DNA of 64,000 nucleotides from an uncultured Candidatus Rokubacteria bacterium (GTDB lineage Bacteria; Methylomirabilota; Methylomirabilia; Rokubacteriales; CSP1-6), in contig CAVWWD010000005.1 of assembly GCA_963758635.1 (NCBI GenBank), forward strand, positions 448,001 through 512,000, read 5' to 3'. This document shows, in pieces, positions 23,639-34,245 of this stretch. Below the pieces are notes generated by a model. That model saw nothing but the letters and a program-made list of their open reading frames with translations, did no database searches and was not told the origin of the DNA. Made by a program: the position numbers and the translations under genes. The number at the start of each line of letters is the position of its first letter. The first letter of the stretch is position 1.

Positions 23639-24412
23639 GCGTCGGACAGAAGACGCGCGTCCAGGAGCAGTTCGGGCCGAGCGCCGAGGCCTACGTGCAC
23701 AGCCCCGGCCACGCCGGCGGCCCGGACCTCGACCGCCTGGTCGCGTGGGGCCGCCACCGCGGCGCCGCGCGCGTGCTCGACATCGCCACCGGCGGCGGCC
23801 ACACCGCGCTCGCCTTCGCGGGCTTCACGCCCACCGTCATCGCCACCGACCTGACCGAGGCCATGCTCCGTGCCGCGCGCGGCTTCGCGGCGGGCCGTGG
23901 CATGGCGTCCATCGGCTACCTGGCCGCGGACGTGGAGGAGCTGCCGTTCCGCGACGGGAGCTTCGGCGTGGTCACGTGCCGGCAGGCCGCGCACCACTTC
24001 CCCGCCGTGCCCGTGGCCCTGGGCCAGATCGCGCGCGTGCTCGAGGCGGCCGGGTCGCTCCTCCTGCAGGACATCCTGGGCCACGAGGACGACGAGTGCG
24101 CCGCCTTCATCCTCCAGGTGGAGAAGTTCCGTGACCCCTCGCACGTCCGCTCGGTGCCGCGTCGCGAAGTGGGAGACGCTCCTCCGCGGGGCCGGGCTCA
24201 CCGTGGTGGACGAGGCCGTGGAGACGAAGGTCCGCCCGTGGGAGGAGTGGACGGGCCGCATGCGCATGACGCCGGAGGCGCGGGCCGGCCTCGACCGTTT
24301 CGTGCTGGACGCGCCGGAACGCTGCCGCGACGCCTTTGCCTTCGTGGTGGACGGCGAGCGCATCGAGTCGTTCACGGACCGCGTGCAGCTGATCCGGGCC
24401 GATCGGGCCTGA
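23635..24412 (+). CDS. Class I SAM-dependent methyltransferase (frameshift near 24160)
   Basis: VQEQFG..YVHSPGHA, VLDIATGGGHTA, AAHHF, RDPSHVR. Confidence 0.88.
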
Positions 24413-24494
24413 CGCGGGCCGATCGGGCCCGGCGCGGCCGCGCCCGGGCCCCCACCCGCCTCCCCGCGGGAGACGGAAGCACAAGGAGCTTCGC

Positions 24495-25394
24495 ATGGAC
24501 GCCAAGCCGTGGCAGTGGCAGGAGGCCCAGTGGCGGGGCATCGTCGGCAAGGTGCGGGCCGGGCGCTCCCTCAAGCCCGCGGCGTGGAAAGACGGCGCGC
24601 GCGTGGCCGTCGCGCTCTCGTTCGACTCCGATCACGAGACGCCCACGCTGCGTGAGGCCGAGACGTTGCCGGGCAAGCTCTCGCAGGGCCAGTACGGCAA
24701 CCGCCAGGGCGTGCCGCGCATCCTGAGCCTCCTCGCCAAGCACGACATCCCCGCCACGTTCTTCGTGCCCGCGGTGTCGGCCCTGCTCTACCCCGACGAG
24801 CAGCGTCGCGTCGCCGGCGCCGGCCACGAGGTGGGCATCCACGGCTGGATCCACGAGCGCAACAGCCTCCTGCCCTCGAGGCCGAGCGCGACCTGCAGCA
24901 CCGCGCCGCCGACACGCTCGAGAAGATCGCGGGCACGCGGCCGGTGGGCATCCGCACGCCGTCGTGGGACTTCAGCCCGCACACGCTGGCGATCTCGCGC
25001 GAGATGGGGCTCCTCTACGACTCCTCGCTGATGGCCGACGACGACCCCTACGAGATCCTCGAGGAGGGCCAGCCGACCGGCATGGTCGAGCTGCCCGTGG
25101 AGTGGATCAAGGACGACGCGATCTACTTCAACATGGACCGCTTCGCGGGGCTCCGGCCCTACACGCCGCCGTCGTCGGTGCTCGAGATCTTCACGCGCGG
25201 AGTTCGACGGCGCCTACGCCGAGCACGGGCTGTTCCTGCTCACCATGCACCCGCACATCATCGGGCACCGCTCGCGCGTGGCGCTGCTGGAGCGGCTCAT
25301 CGAGCACATCCGCGGCCACGCCGGCGTCTGGTTCGCCACGCATGCCGACATCGCGCGCTACGTGAAGGAGGCTTCCCGGCTCTCCACGCCCTGA
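24495..25394 (+). CDS. Polysaccharide deacetylase family protein (frameshifts near 24880 and 25200)
   Basis: LSFDSDHE, ATFFVPA, HEVGIHGWIHE, GIRTPSWD, YDSSLMADD, LTMHPHIIGHR. Confidence 0.88.
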
Positions 25395-25420
25395 CGTCCC
25401 CCCGCACAAAGGAGTGAGCG

Positions 25421-26939
25421 ATGGCCAACGACGGTCTCCAGCTGCCTCTGTCCTGTCCGCTCCTGATCAACGGTGAGGAGGGCAAGGCCGGGAGCGGCCG
25501 TAAGTTCTCCCGGGAGAATCCGGCCGACGTCCGCGCAGGTCGCGACCATGGCCGAGGAGGGCACCCAGGCCGACGCCCGGGCCGCGATCGACGCCGCGCG
25601 CGCCGCCTTCGACGGCAACGCCGGCAACTGGATCTACAACTACAAGCTCCGCGAGCAGACCCTCTTCCGCACCGCCCGCCTGATGCGCGACAACGCGGAC
25701 CGGCTGGCCCGTGTGGTGAGCCTCGAGGTCGGCATGCCGATGCGGCAAGCGGCGCCGCACGTCGCCGCGGCCGCCGACATCTTCGAGTTCTACGCCGGGC
25801 TGGCGGGCAAGCTCTACGGCGAGAGCTTCACGCTGCCGACCGGCTCCGTGATCAACCTCGTCAAGGAGCCGGTCGGCGTGGTCGGGATGATCACGCCGTG
25901 GAACTTCCCGCTGACGCAGACGGCGCGGAAGGTCGCGCCCGCCCTGGCCGCGGGGTGCACGGTGGTGATCAAGCCCGCGAGCTACACCCCGGCCGCGACC
26001 TACGAGCTGGTCAAGCTCATCCACGACACGGGCCTGCCGAAGGGCGTGATCAACCTCGTCCCCGGCCCGGGCACCGTCGTCGGCGCCGAGCTGATCGCGA
26101 ACAAGAAGGTCGACAAGATCTCGTTCACCGGCGAGACGGGTACCGGCAAGCGGATCGGCGCCCAGGCCGGCATGGAGGTGAAGCGGGTCAGCCTCGAGCT
26201 GGGCGGCAAGGCCCCGTACGTCGTCTTCGACGACGCCGACGTGGACGCGGCCGCCCGCGCCGCGATCTTCGGCATGTTCAGGAACGCCGGCCAGGCGTGC
26301 GGCGCCACGACCCGGCTCCTCGTGCAGCGCGGCATCCACGACCGCTTCCTCGCCCGGGTCGCCGACCTGACGAAGAAGATCGAGGTGGGCCCGCCGTCCA
26401 GCCCGTCGACCGACATGGGGCCCCTCATCTCGGCGAACCAGGAGAAGGTCGTCCAGGAGTTCATCCAGTACGGGGTGGACCAGGGGTTCCGCCTCGTCAC
26501 CGGCGGCAAGAAGCTCACCGGCGCCCACTACGACCACGGCTACTACATGGAGCCCACCATCTTCGACGCCGTGGACAACGCCTCACGCCTCGGCCAGGAG
26601 GAGATCTTCGGCCCCGTGGTGGCGGTCACCCCCTTCGCCGACGAGGCGGAGGCGGTGGAGCTGGCCAATGCCGTCGACTTCGGCCTGGTCGCCGGCGTGT
26701 GGAGCGCCGACTATCCACGCGCGCTCCGGGTGGCCCGCCGCATCCGCGCCGGCACGGTGTGGATCTGGGACAACTACGCCCAGCCCGTGGAAGGCATCTG
26801 GGGCGGCTACAAGCAGAGCGGCATGGGCCGCGAGCTCGGCTACCACGGCCTCAACGACTTCATCGAGATCAAGCAGATCTTCACCGACGGCACCGGGCTC
26901 GCCGCCAAGCCGCCCTACGCCCAGGTGATGAAGGACTAG
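25421..26939 (+). CDS. Aldehyde dehydrogenase (frameshift near 25530)
   Basis: ITPWNFP, FTGETGTG, LELGGK, AGQAC, EEIFGPV. Confidence 0.93.
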
Positions 26940-27033
26940 CGGGCCGCGCGCACTCCTCGCGGTCGAGGTCTCTCCGAGGTCTCGCCCGGGCGCGATCGCG
27001 CCATATTTCCATATTCGAGGCATGATGATCCGT

Positions 27034-27261
27034 ATGAAGACGACGCTCAACATCGACGACACGGTCATGGCTCAGCTCAAGCGCGAGGCGGCGCGGCAGG
27101 GGCGCACGATGTCCGATCTCGTGGAGACCGCGCTCCGCCTGCTCTTCCGCTCGCAAGGCGCCCCGGAGGACATTCCTCACCTGCCGACGTTTCACAGTGG
27201 TGGGACGCTGGTGGATGTGGCCGACCGAGACGCACTCTACCAGGCCACGGAAGGGCGATAG
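27034..27261 (+). CDS. VapB-like (RHH/CopG) antitoxin
   Basis: MKTTLNIDDTVMAQLKREAARQGRTMSDLVETALR. Confidence 0.85.
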   Translation: MKTTLNIDDTVMAQLKREAARQGRTMSDLVETALRLLFRSQGAPEDIPHLPTFHSGGTLVDVADRDALYQATEGR

Positions 27262-27355
27262 TGCTCGTCGTCGACATGAACGTTCGTGTACGCGGCCGAC
27301 GCGGACTCTCCCTTCCACCGCGCCTGTCGCGAGTGACTCGATCGTCAGCGAGCGA
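27261..27355 (+). pseudogene. Truncated VapC/PIN toxin
   Basis: GTG start adjoining the antitoxin stop: MLVVDMNV / VYAADADSPFHRACRE*LDRQR, with a frameshift, a premature TGA and loss of the remainder. Confidence 0.75.
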
Positions 27356-27446
27356 ACCGGTCGATCCGATCAGTCAGGACGTTTCGTAGCCGCGCGGCCG
27401 CCGCCGCCGGCGCGCGCATCCGCCGCACGACGCCCCGGTCGTCCGG

Positions 27447-28470
27447 CTACGAGAGCCCGGCGCGCACGAGGCGGGCGCCTTCGCTGAGCGCGCGGAGCTT
27501 GCCGGCCGCCGTCTCCCGTGGCAGGTACTTCATCCCGCAGTCCGGGGCCGGCACCAGGCGTTCCGGCGGCAGGTACGCGAGGCCGGCGCGGATCCGCGCC
27601 GCGACGACGTCCGGCGTCTCGACATTCGCGTCGCTCAGGTCGATGACGCCGAGCATGACCGTCTTGCCCGCGAGGTCGCGCAGCACCCCCAGGTCGAGCT
27701 TCGGCTGCGCCGCCTCGATCGAGATCTGCGCCGCCACCGAGTCGGCGAGCTGCGGCAGGAACGAGTAGCCCGCCGGCTTCTGGCCCCGCACCACCGCCGC
27801 GTAGCCGAAGCAGAGGTGCACCACGGTTGGCACCGTGATGCCGGCCAGGGCCCGGTTGATCGCCGGCACCGCGAAGCGCCGGGCCGCTTCCGGATCGTTC
27901 CGCAGCCACGGCTCGTCGATCTGGATCACGTCGGCGCCCGCGGCTTGGAGGTCGCGCAGCTCCGCGTTCACCGCGTCGGCGAAGTCCATGGCGAGCGCCT
28001 CGACGTCCTTGTAGAACTCGTCCTGCGCCTGCTGGGCCATGGTGAACGGGCCGGGGATCGTGATCTTCGCGGGCCGATCCGTGTGGCGCCGGAGGAACTG
28101 CATGTCCCGTAGCTCCACCGGGCGCGTCCGCCGGATCTTTCCGACCACGCGCGGCACCGGCGTCTCGTTCCCGGAGCGGTCGCGGATGACACCCGGGCTT
28201 CTCTACGTCCACGCCGTCCAGCGCCGTCGCGAACCGGTTCGAGTAGCTCTCGCGCCGGATCTCGCCATCCGTGACCACGTCGATGCCGGCGCGCTCCATC
28301 TCGCGGATGGCCACGATCGTCGCGTCGTCCTGCGCGGCCTCCAGGAACGGCTCGGGAATGCGCCAGATGCCGCGCTCCCGGACGCGGGGCACCCGCTTCG
28401 CGAGCAGGAGCCCGCGGTCCACGAGCCAGTCCGGTTGCGGATAGCTGCCGACCACCGTCGTCGTCAACAT
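27447..28470 (-). CDS. Cobalamin-independent methionine synthase II family (MetE C-terminal-like) protein (frameshift near 28195)
   Basis: TTVVGSYPQP, TDGEIRRESY, PGPFTM, IQIDEP, VHLCFG, APDCGMK. Confidence 0.9.
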
Positions 28471-28495
28471 CGTCAGGCCTCCGTGTCGCCCGGAG

Positions 28496-29600
28496 TCAAG
28501 GAACGCGGCGCTGGCCGGCCTGCTCCATGAGGGGCAGGACCTCGTCGATCCACTGCCGGCACTCCCCGAGGTAGTCCACCCAGGAGATGAGCAGGCCGTC
28601 GACGCCCATGCGCGACAGCCGCTCGATCTGCTCCACGATCTGCATCGGCGTGCCCACCAGCGGGTAGCCGCCGTGCCCGGCGATGAAGTGGAACTGGAAG
28701 GCCTCGAGCACCGCGGGCTCCAGAGTGGCCGACTCCTGCCCGAACACCGCGAGCATGTTCCGGGCCGTCTCCCAGTCGCCGTGCCGTCGCACGTAGCGGT
28801 CCAGGTAGTCCCGCGCTTCCCGCTCCGTGGGCCGACACACCACGTACACGTGGATCCAGCACTGCGAGCGCCGCCCGAGGTCCGCCGCCATCGTCTTGAG
28901 GCCCGCGATCTGGGCGCGGTCGCTCGCCTCGTCCTTCTGCCGCAGCATCACGAAGTTCATGTCGCAGTGCGCGGCCGAGAAGCGCTGTCCGACGGGCGAG
29001 GAGCCCGCGTTCATCACCGGCACGGGGTGCTGCACCGGCTTCGGCTGGCTCCACAGGCCACGGCCCTGGAAGAACTCTCCCTCGAAGTCGAAGGCGCGCT
29101 CCTCCGTCCAGAGCCGCCGCACCAGCCCGAGCCACTCGGCCCCGAACGCGTAGCGGCGATCGTGATCGCGCCATTCCGCGCCGAACATCTCGAACTCGTC
29201 CCGGTTCCAGCCCACCACCAGGTTCAGGACGAACCGCCCCCCGGAGATGTGATCGACCGTCGCCGCCTGCTTCGCCGCCGCGACGGGGTGCACCAGGGGC
29301 GCATGCACCGTGGCCAACACCGCGCAGCGCCGGGTGACCGCGGAGATCCCCGCCGCCCAGGTGAAGCTCTCGAACGTGCGGTTGTTGAAGTTGCTGGGGC
29401 CCGGATAGCCCTTCCAGCGCCCCACGGGGAGGAGAGCTTCGAAGCCCGCCGCGTCGGCCAGCTGAGCCAGCGCCACGTTGTCCGGCCAGGTCATGGGCCA
29501 GGCCTCGTCGACCATGGTCGGGGTCGATCCGAGGCTGCAGTTGAAGGCCATGATGCCGAGCTTGACGCGGTTGTCGCCGAACAGGGGATTGCGACGTCGC
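28496..29600 (-). CDS. LLM-class flavin-dependent monooxygenase
   Basis: NPLFGDNRVKLG, GFEALLPVGRWKGY, TVDHISGGRFVLNLVVGWN, MNAGSS; start slightly upstream of ORF-track 29551 and uncertain. Confidence 0.88.
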
Positions 29601-29629
29601 GCCGCGTCCTCGTGCGCCGCGCGAGCGCG

Positions 29630-30904
29630 TCAGGATGACTTCATCGCGTCGTAGACGCCGGCCTCCAGCTGGCCGTAGAGCTTCACCGCGCGCGTGTCGG
29701 CGAACGGGAGGATCTGCGTCATGATCAGCCCCGTCACGCGCCTGGCCGGGTCCAGCCAGTAGTAGGTGTTGAAGAGCCCGCCCCAGCTCACGGTGCCGGC
29801 GCTCCGGCCGTTCGGGCCGGGCTGGAGGTTCAGCATGTAGCCCAGCCCCCAGCGCAGGTCGGCGCCCGGGAAGAAGTCGACGTCGTTCGACAGGTTCTTC
29901 ATGTCGGCCTTGAGCACGCCGGTCGGGATGTTGCCCGTGTGGTTCTGGTTCATGAGAGCCACGGTCTCGGGCTTCAGGATGCGCACCCCGTTCAGGCTGC
30001 CGCCGTTCAGGAGCATCTGCAGGAACGTCATGTAGTCCCGCGCCGTCGAGTAGAGCGGGCCGCCCGCCGACCAGAACTCGGCCTTGACCGGCACCGGCTC
30101 GAGCGGCTGCAGGGAGAGGCCGCCGTCCGGCTGCCGCGTGTGCAGGCGCGCCTGGCGGGCCCGCTGCTCGGTGGTGGTCACGTAGCCGCTGTCCTTCATG
30201 CCCAGCGGCGCGAAGATCCGCTCGCGGAAGTAGTCTTCCAGCGCCTGCCCGCTGGTCGCCTCGATGATCCGCCCCACCCACTCGATGTTGATGCCGTAGA
30301 GCCATCGAGCGCCGGGATCGAAGACCAGCGGCTGGCGGAGCGCGGCCACCTTGCCCGTGGCGCGGCTGGGCATCCCGGTGACCTTGAAGTAGCGCCCGGT
30401 GTCCGGGTCCCAGATGTCGTAGCTGAACCCCGCGGTGTGCGTCAGCAGACGCTTGAGGGTGATCGCCCCCTTCGCCGGACGGAGCCGCGGCGCGCCGGCG
30501 GCGTCGAAGCCCTCGAGCACCTGGGGCGCGCTCAGCGTCGGGTCGATGCCGGGCACGGGCTCGTCGAGCTTGAGCTTGCCCTGCTCGACGAGCTGCATGG
30601 CCGCCACCGAGGCGATGGCCTTGGTCATCGACGCGATGCGGAACACGGTGTCGGGCGTCATCGCCGCGCTCTCCCCGAGCGCGCGCAGGCCGAACGCCCC
30701 TTCGTAGAGGAGGCCCTTGTCCGTCGCGGCCATGGCCACGACGCCGGGCACCTCCCGCGCGTCCACCGCCTGCTTCAGCACCCCATCGATGCGGGCGCCG
30801 CGGCCGGCCTGCGCTCGAGCCCGCCGGGGGCTCCCGGCAAGAGCGACGGCGGCGGTGGCGGCAACTCCCTTCAACACGTCGCGGCGGTTCGGCACTGGCG
30901 TCAT
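29630..30904 (-). CDS. Tat-exported serine hydrolase (beta-lactamase/esterase family)
   Basis: NRRDVLK Tat signal, SMTK catalytic motif, LLTHTAG, WGG..NTYYWLDP. Confidence 0.92.
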   Translation of the reverse strand: MTPVPNRRDVLKGVAATAAVALAGSPRRARAQAGRGARIDGVLKQAVDAREVPGVVAMAATDKGLLYEGAFGLRALGESAAMTPDTVFRIASMTKAIASVAAMQLVEQGKLKLDEPVPGIDPTLSAPQVLEGFDAAGAPRLRPAKGAITLKRLLTHTAGFSYDIWDPDTGRYFKVTGMPSRATGKVAALRQPLVFDPGARWLYGINIEWVGRIIEATSGQALEDYFRERIFAPLGMKDSGYVTTTEQRARQARLHTRQPDGGLSLQPLEPVPVKAEFWSAGGPLYSTARDYMTFLQMLLNGGSLNGVRILKPETVALMNQNHTGNIPTGVLKADMKNLSNDVDFFPGADLRWGLGYMLNLQPGPNGRSAGTVSWGGLFNTYYWLDPARRVTGLIMTQILPFADTRAVKLYGQLEAGVYDAMKSS

Positions 30905-30985
30905 GGCATGGTCCTCCCGAACCGTTCATGCTCCCGACGGTCCTTGCTTGTCAAGCGGCGCCGGACGCGACCGCGCCTCCGGGGC

Positions 30986-31525
30986 CTATGCCCAGAGCGT
31001 CGGCGTGGGGATCTCGAGGTCGGAGAAAGGCTCGGCGCGGAGGGGGGCGTCCCCGGCGGCGTGTGCCTCCAGCGCATAGACGCCGGAGCGCAGCACGTAC
31101 GCGTCGATCGAGCGCGCCTCCGGGTCGACGATCCAGACGTGGGGCACCCCGTGGCGCGCGTAGAGGCCGAGTTTCGTGCTGCGGTCGTGCTGACGCGTGG
31201 ACGGCGAGGTGACCTCGACGGCGAGCGAGGGCGCCCCTTCCACCCCGCGCTCGGCGACGATGCCCAGGCGCGTCGCCGCGACGTATACGATGTCCGGCTG
31301 GACGATGCTCGTGTCATCGAGGATCACGTCGAACGGGCTCACGTACACCTCGCCGAGTCCGTGACGACGGACGTGGCCGTCGAGCACACGGAACAGCGCG
31401 CCCACGGCGCGCTGATGGCGTCGGCCCGGCGCCGGGGTCACCGCGAGCGCGCCGTCCAGGATCTCGTAGCGCCGCCCGTCATCGGGCAGCGCCACGTAGT
31501 CCGCGTACGTCAGCACGGCTCTCAT
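30986..31525 (-). CDS. Uma2 family endonuclease
   Basis: TYADYVALPDDGRRYEILDG, QPDIVYV, LAVEVTSPST..D...K..LYARHGVPHVWIVDP. Confidence 0.92.
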   Translation of the reverse strand: MRAVLTYADYVALPDDGRRYEILDGALAVTPAPGRRHQRAVGALFRVLDGHVRRHGLGEVYVSPFDVILDDTSIVQPDIVYVAATRLGIVAERGVEGAPSLAVEVTSPSTRQHDRSTKLGLYARHGVPHVWIVDPEARSIDAYVLRSGVYALEAHAAGDAPLRAEPFSDLEIPTPTLWA

Positions 31526-31626
31526 CGCCGCCATTGTAGCCTCCCCATGGCACGAGCCCATGGTCGCGTCACGCTTCGAGGCTGTCAGCGTCCAATCTTC
31601 GATACGGACGCGCTACACTCCCGGTC

Positions 31627-32592
31627 ATGTCCCCTCTCGGCGCCACGCTCTATCCCTTCGACCTCGACACCATGGCCCTCACCCGCCTCGGGCGTGAGGC
31701 GGAGGCGCGCGGCTTCGACTCCGTCTTCGTCGTGGAGCAGGGCGTGTCCAACGACGTCATGGTCGCCGTCCAGGCCATCGCGCTCGCCACCAGCCGCATC
31801 GCGATCGGCTCCGGCATCGCCAACGTGCACCTGCGGCACCCGGCGCTGCTCGGCGCCAGCGCGGTGGCGGTGGACGAGCTATCCGGCGGCCGGCTCATCC
31901 TCGGTCTCGGGACCAACAACGAGACCATGATCCGCGGCCTCGGACTGCCGTGGAGGGAGCCGCGGGTCGCGCTCCGCGAGACCACCGACTGGATCCGGCG
32001 CGTCTTCGCGGGCCAGGCCTCGCCCGGCATCCACGTCGCGTTCCGCGCGGCCCGCCGGCCGATCCCGATCCACTTCGGCGGCGTGGCGCTGGAGACCGCC
32101 GCGCTGGCCGGGGAGATCGCCGACGGCCTCATGCTCTACCTGGCCACGCCGGCGCGGGCCCGGCAGATCGTCGACCGGATGGCCGACGCGGCGCGACGCG
32201 CGGGCCGCGCGCCCGGCGCGATGCAGGTGACGCTGCTCGTGCCGACGTTCCTCTCCGACCGGCTGGACGAGGCCCGCGAGGCGGCCCGCGTGTTCCTCTC
32301 GCGCTACGCGCCCCGCTCGCTCTACGCGAGGATGTTCCGGCGCTCCGGGTTCGATGCCGAGGTGGACGCCATGACCGCGGCGCTGGCGCGCGGCGATTCA
32401 GCCGGCGTCCAGGCTGCGATCACGGATCGGATGCTCGACGAGGTCCTGCTCGTGGGCCCGATGGCGCGCTGCCGCGAACGGCTGGCCGCCTTCCACGAGG
32501 CGGGCATCGACTACCCGCTGCTCGCACCCCAGCCGGTGGAGGAAGCCGCGGAAACGGCGGGCATGCGCGTGCTCACGGCGTTCGCCCGCTGA
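31627..32592 (+). CDS. LLM-class (F420/flavin) oxidoreductase
   Basis: AEARGFDSVFV, ALATSRIAIGSGI, DELSGGRLILGLG, AGEIADG. Confidence 0.88.
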   Translation: MSPLGATLYPFDLDTMALTRLGREAEARGFDSVFVVEQGVSNDVMVAVQAIALATSRIAIGSGIANVHLRHPALLGASAVAVDELSGGRLILGLGTNNETMIRGLGLPWREPRVALRETTDWIRRVFAGQASPGIHVAFRAARRPIPIHFGGVALETAALAGEIADGLMLYLATPARARQIVDRMADAARRAGRAPGAMQVTLLVPTFLSDRLDEAREAARVFLSRYAPRSLYARMFRRSGFDAEVDAMTAALARGDSAGVQAAITDRMLDEVLLVGPMARCRERLAAFHEAGIDYPLLAPQPVEEAAETAGMRVLTAFAR

Positions 32593-32613
32593 CGCGCGCT
32601 GGTGCCCGCTCGC

Positions 32614-32737
32614 CTACGACTTCATCGCGTCGTAGAGACACCCGCCTCCCGCTGCCCGAGGAGACTCACCGCGCGCGTGTCGGCGAAGGGGAGAATCTGC
32701 GTCATGATCAGCCCCGTCATGCGCTTGGCCGGATCCA
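32614..32737 (-). pseudogene. Degenerate copy of the 3' end of the serine hydrolase gene (matches 29637-29754)
   Basis: Shared tracts GACTTCATCGCGTCGTAG, TCACCGCGCGCGTGTCGGCGAA and ATCTGCGTCATGATCAGCCCCGTCA. Confidence 0.85.
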
Positions 32738-32738
32738 C

Positions 32739-33719
32739 TCATTCGATGATCCGGTCGGCGCGGGCCAGCACCGATTGCGGGAGGGTGACCCCGAGCGCTC
32801 TCGCGGCGCGCATGTTGATCACCATCTCGATCCTCGACGGCTGCTCGACCGGGATCTCGCCCGCCTTCGCGCCCTTGAGGATCCGGTCGACGAAGTGGGC
32901 GAGGCGGACATAGCACTCCTCGAGGCTCGGCCCGTACGTCATCAGGTTGCCCTTCTCTGCGAAGACCGCCCAGGACGACAAGGCCGGAACGCGGTGCCGC
33001 TGGGACAGCTCGGCGAAGCGCCCCGCGTGCGCGGTCATGATCGCGTCGGCGAAGGCAAGGAGCGCCTGGGCGCGCGACTGCGCGGCCCTGTCGTAGGCCG
33101 CCACGAGGTCGGCCTCCGACGCCACGGGGTAGTACTGATGGTCGAGCCCGAGTTTCGCGGCGCCGTCGGCCGCGGCCTGCACCTCCATCCGCTCGCCGGC
33201 ATGGTGTGGCGACCCGACGATCGCGACGCGCTTCAGCCCCGGAATGCTGTCGCGCAGCAGCTCCAGGCGTTTCGGCACGAGCTCCAGCGAGAAGAACGAG
33301 ATCCCGGTGCGATTCCCGCCGGGCCGGGCGTAGCTCTCGGCGATCTTGCCGATCACCACGTCCCCGCTGAACGTGAACACCAGCGGCACCGGGACCCCGG
33401 CGTCGACGAGCAGGCGGGAGCTCGCTCCGCCGGCGGTAACGATGACGTCGGGGCGGCTGGCGACGATCTCCGGGATGAGCTTTCTCATGCGCTCGCCCGA
33501 GCCCTCCGCCCACCAGGGCTCGAGAGCGAGGTTCCGTCCCTCGGTCCAGCCCTGGTCACGCAAGCCGCGACGGAAGCTGACGAAGAACGGCGAAGCTGGG
33601 TCGGCGCGCTCCATGGATGCCCACGCGACGCGCGCCGTGCGGGCCGGCTGTGCGAACGCCGCGTTCACGGCAAGGAACGGCCCGAGAGCGAGCGAAACGC
33701 AGAAGTCCCGGCGGTCCAT
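32739..33719 (-). CDS. ABC transporter substrate-binding protein (ABC_sub_bind family)
   Basis: MDRRDF signal, GLRDQGWTEGRNL, ARPGGNRTG, KRLELL, DRILKGAKAGEIPVEQP, RADRIIE. Confidence 0.92.
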   Translation of the reverse strand: MDRRDFCVSLALGPFLAVNAAFAQPARTARVAWASMERADPASPFFVSFRRGLRDQGWTEGRNLALEPWWAEGSGERMRKLIPEIVASRPDVIVTAGGASSRLLVDAGVPVPLVFTFSGDVVIGKIAESYARPGGNRTGISFFSLELVPKRLELLRDSIPGLKRVAIVGSPHHAGERMEVQAAADGAAKLGLDHQYYPVASEADLVAAYDRAAQSRAQALLAFADAIMTAHAGRFAELSQRHRVPALSSWAVFAEKGNLMTYGPSLEECYVRLAHFVDRILKGAKAGEIPVEQPSRIEMVINMRAARALGVTLPQSVLARADRIIE

Positions 33720-33860
33720 GGGGCCTCCCCTCACGACATCGCGCGCCAGAGCACACGAGCGCTTCCTGTCCGCGGCGTCCGGTCCGGGCTCATGCGTCGG
33801 ACGAGCAAGCTTCGCGGACATGATACTCCGCCACCATGGCACGGGGACGGCCCGCGTCAC

Positions 33861-34187
33861 CTAGCCGGAGTCTCCTTCGGCAGCCGACCGGCCCCGGAGC
33901 ACCGCGACGGTGGCACCCCAGCCGCCGCGCTCGGCGGGCGCGTCGAAGAAGCGCAGGACGAGCGGATGGTCGCGCAGGAGGGCCTGCACCGCCGCGCGCT
34001 GGACGCCCTTGCCCCGGCCGTGGATGATGCGCACCTCGGTGAAGCCGCGCTCGGCGGCGGCGTGGAGGTACTCGTCGACCACCGACAGCACGTCCCGCGG
34101 GGCGAACGTGTGCAGGTCGAGCGAGTCCTCGATGGGGAGGGAGACGGGCTCGTCGTCCTCCGGCGGAGACGGAGGCTCGGCCGTCAT
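33861..34187 (-). CDS. Smr/MutS2 C-terminal domain protein
   Basis: LDLHTF, VRIIHGRGKG, GGWGAT. Confidence 0.92.
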   Translation of the reverse strand: MTAEPPSPPEDDEPVSLPIEDSLDLHTFAPRDVLSVVDEYLHAAAERGFTEVRIIHGRGKGVQRAAVQALLRDHPLVLRFFDAPAERGGWGATVAVLRGRSAAEGDSG

Positions 34188-34245
34188 GCGAGGGGCAAGG
34201 CCGGACCGCTGGCGCGGACGCGACCAGCGGGCCGCGGCCCGGACA

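Noticed and set aside
24395..24450. Duplicated CGGGCCGATCGGGCC around the methyltransferase stop
   Set aside because: 15-bp local duplication or terminator-like GC hairpin; no evidence of a target-site duplication or inserted element
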